NCBI GenBank assembly: GCA_011109175.1
Contig: RDEW01000033.1
Span: 310,001-374,000, forward strand
From: Dicyema japonicum
Taxonomy: Eukaryota; Animalia; Dicyemida
Direction of reading: 5' to 3'
Length of the DNA: 64,000 nt
The notes under the pieces were generated by a model. The model searched no databases. It was not told where the DNA came from and saw nothing but the letters and a program-made list of their open reading frames with translations. A program made the position numbers and the translations under genes. Positions 62,998 through 64,000 of this stretch are shown piece after piece. Position 1 is the stretch's first letter. The number at the start of each line of letters is the position of its first letter.

Positions 62998-64000
62998 TAA
63001 TTTAACAAAACCGGTTGTATTAAAAAGATTAAGTCAACTATAAAATTTAAACAAAAGTACATACCCGTCTTTTATGACGAATAATGTGCTTTGAAGTCAA
63101 ATTTACAACCCAGTAAAAGTTTGATCTCTCGTTTCCTTAAACTTCAAAGAAAAATGGCGAATCCTGCAGAAAAAAGTGGACTTTAATATATGGATATTGG
63201 ACTTATTTTTTATTGATTATTATTTATTAATAAAAGTATCTTCCACTCATGGATCCTCCAATTCTTTTATAACTATCAGCTTATCGACTTCTGATATAAT
63301 ATATCAATTTTGGGGTGGATAAAAATTAAACTAAAATCCTAAAGCGTCTCCAAGAATTCCTTTGTTCTTAACCGGTTTTCAATGTTCAATGAGTGCAATC
63401 ACTTTGACACGCTCACGAGAAGATAAAAGACAATGGTTCTCATTCATGGTGAAGCTAAATAGACATTTCGTGTAATAAAGGTGGGTCATCAATCAACCTT
63501 TCACCCCATCACCCACTTGAGTCAAAGAATGAAGCACTAATAATGGAGGATATAATATAGTCTGCACCTTAATACTCTTCAACTAAATGGAGTAGTGTTT
63601 TGGGAAACAAGCTATACAGTAGTTATAATAGAACTAAGTGACAACTTAAGTGTAGCAAGTGAAATATCAAACTCCCCCATTTATTACACCATACAAGATT
63701 TGTAGCCCAAAACTTTAGTCCAGAGACCAATAGATCAACAAGAATGATTCCATTCGCACACTTGTAGCAACAAATAACAAAATATCAAATATCATCAAAA
63801 GAGGAGACACTACTATTAACAGAACTCCTCAAATATCCCTCGTGGTCATTCTCATCCACAAATATGAGATTCTCCCACTCTCTAAAACTGGTAGAACCTC
63901 CCTGAGATCTGTTTGGAGTATCCGAATTCCCCTCATTCAAACTCACAACCGACCGAGATCTCACACACTGAAATCCCACATGCCTGTTTCGATTCTCCCT

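Noticed and set aside
63300-64000. Possible 3' part of a minus-strand host gene
   Set aside because: Coding-like composition, but no recognisable domain and no consistent exon chain could be built by hand.

Overview
AT-rich eukaryotic, almost certainly animal, DNA from a compact-gene genome. The spliceosomal introns I resolved by hand are nearly all 21-29 nt, as described for dicyemids and some other reduced parasites; the organism cannot be identified from sequence alone. Host genes sit as small islands: an Ig/FN3 membrane protein, CNNM, an OGFOD1-like gene lacking its catalytic core, SH3BGRL, an ENT nucleoside transporter, RPS20, SIRT1, broken histone H3 and H4 copies and a few hypothetical genes. 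Around them is dense non-LTR retroelement debris: Vingi/Ingi-like APE-RT LINEs, RTE-like LINEs, CRE-like elements with a restriction-like endonuclease and tRNA-derived SINEs, plus Tc1, integrase and MULE-like foldback remnants. The main finding is a 60-76 nt pseudoknotted motif with HDV-ribozyme topology and compensatory base changes, seen in six copies plus two degenerate or partial ones. It heads the Vingi-like LINEs, is followed by a short leader and a 2A StopGo peptide (DxExNPGP, three independent copies) ahead of the endonuclease, and also heads two short non-autonomous element types (about 300 nt and about 135 nt). This resembles the trypanosome L1Tc/NARTc ribozyme-plus-2A design but with a non-canonical, variable L3. 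Many frameshifts in otherwise intact genes are single-base losses in homopolymer runs and look like assembly errors. All structures and alignments were done by eye; no database search or folding program was run.
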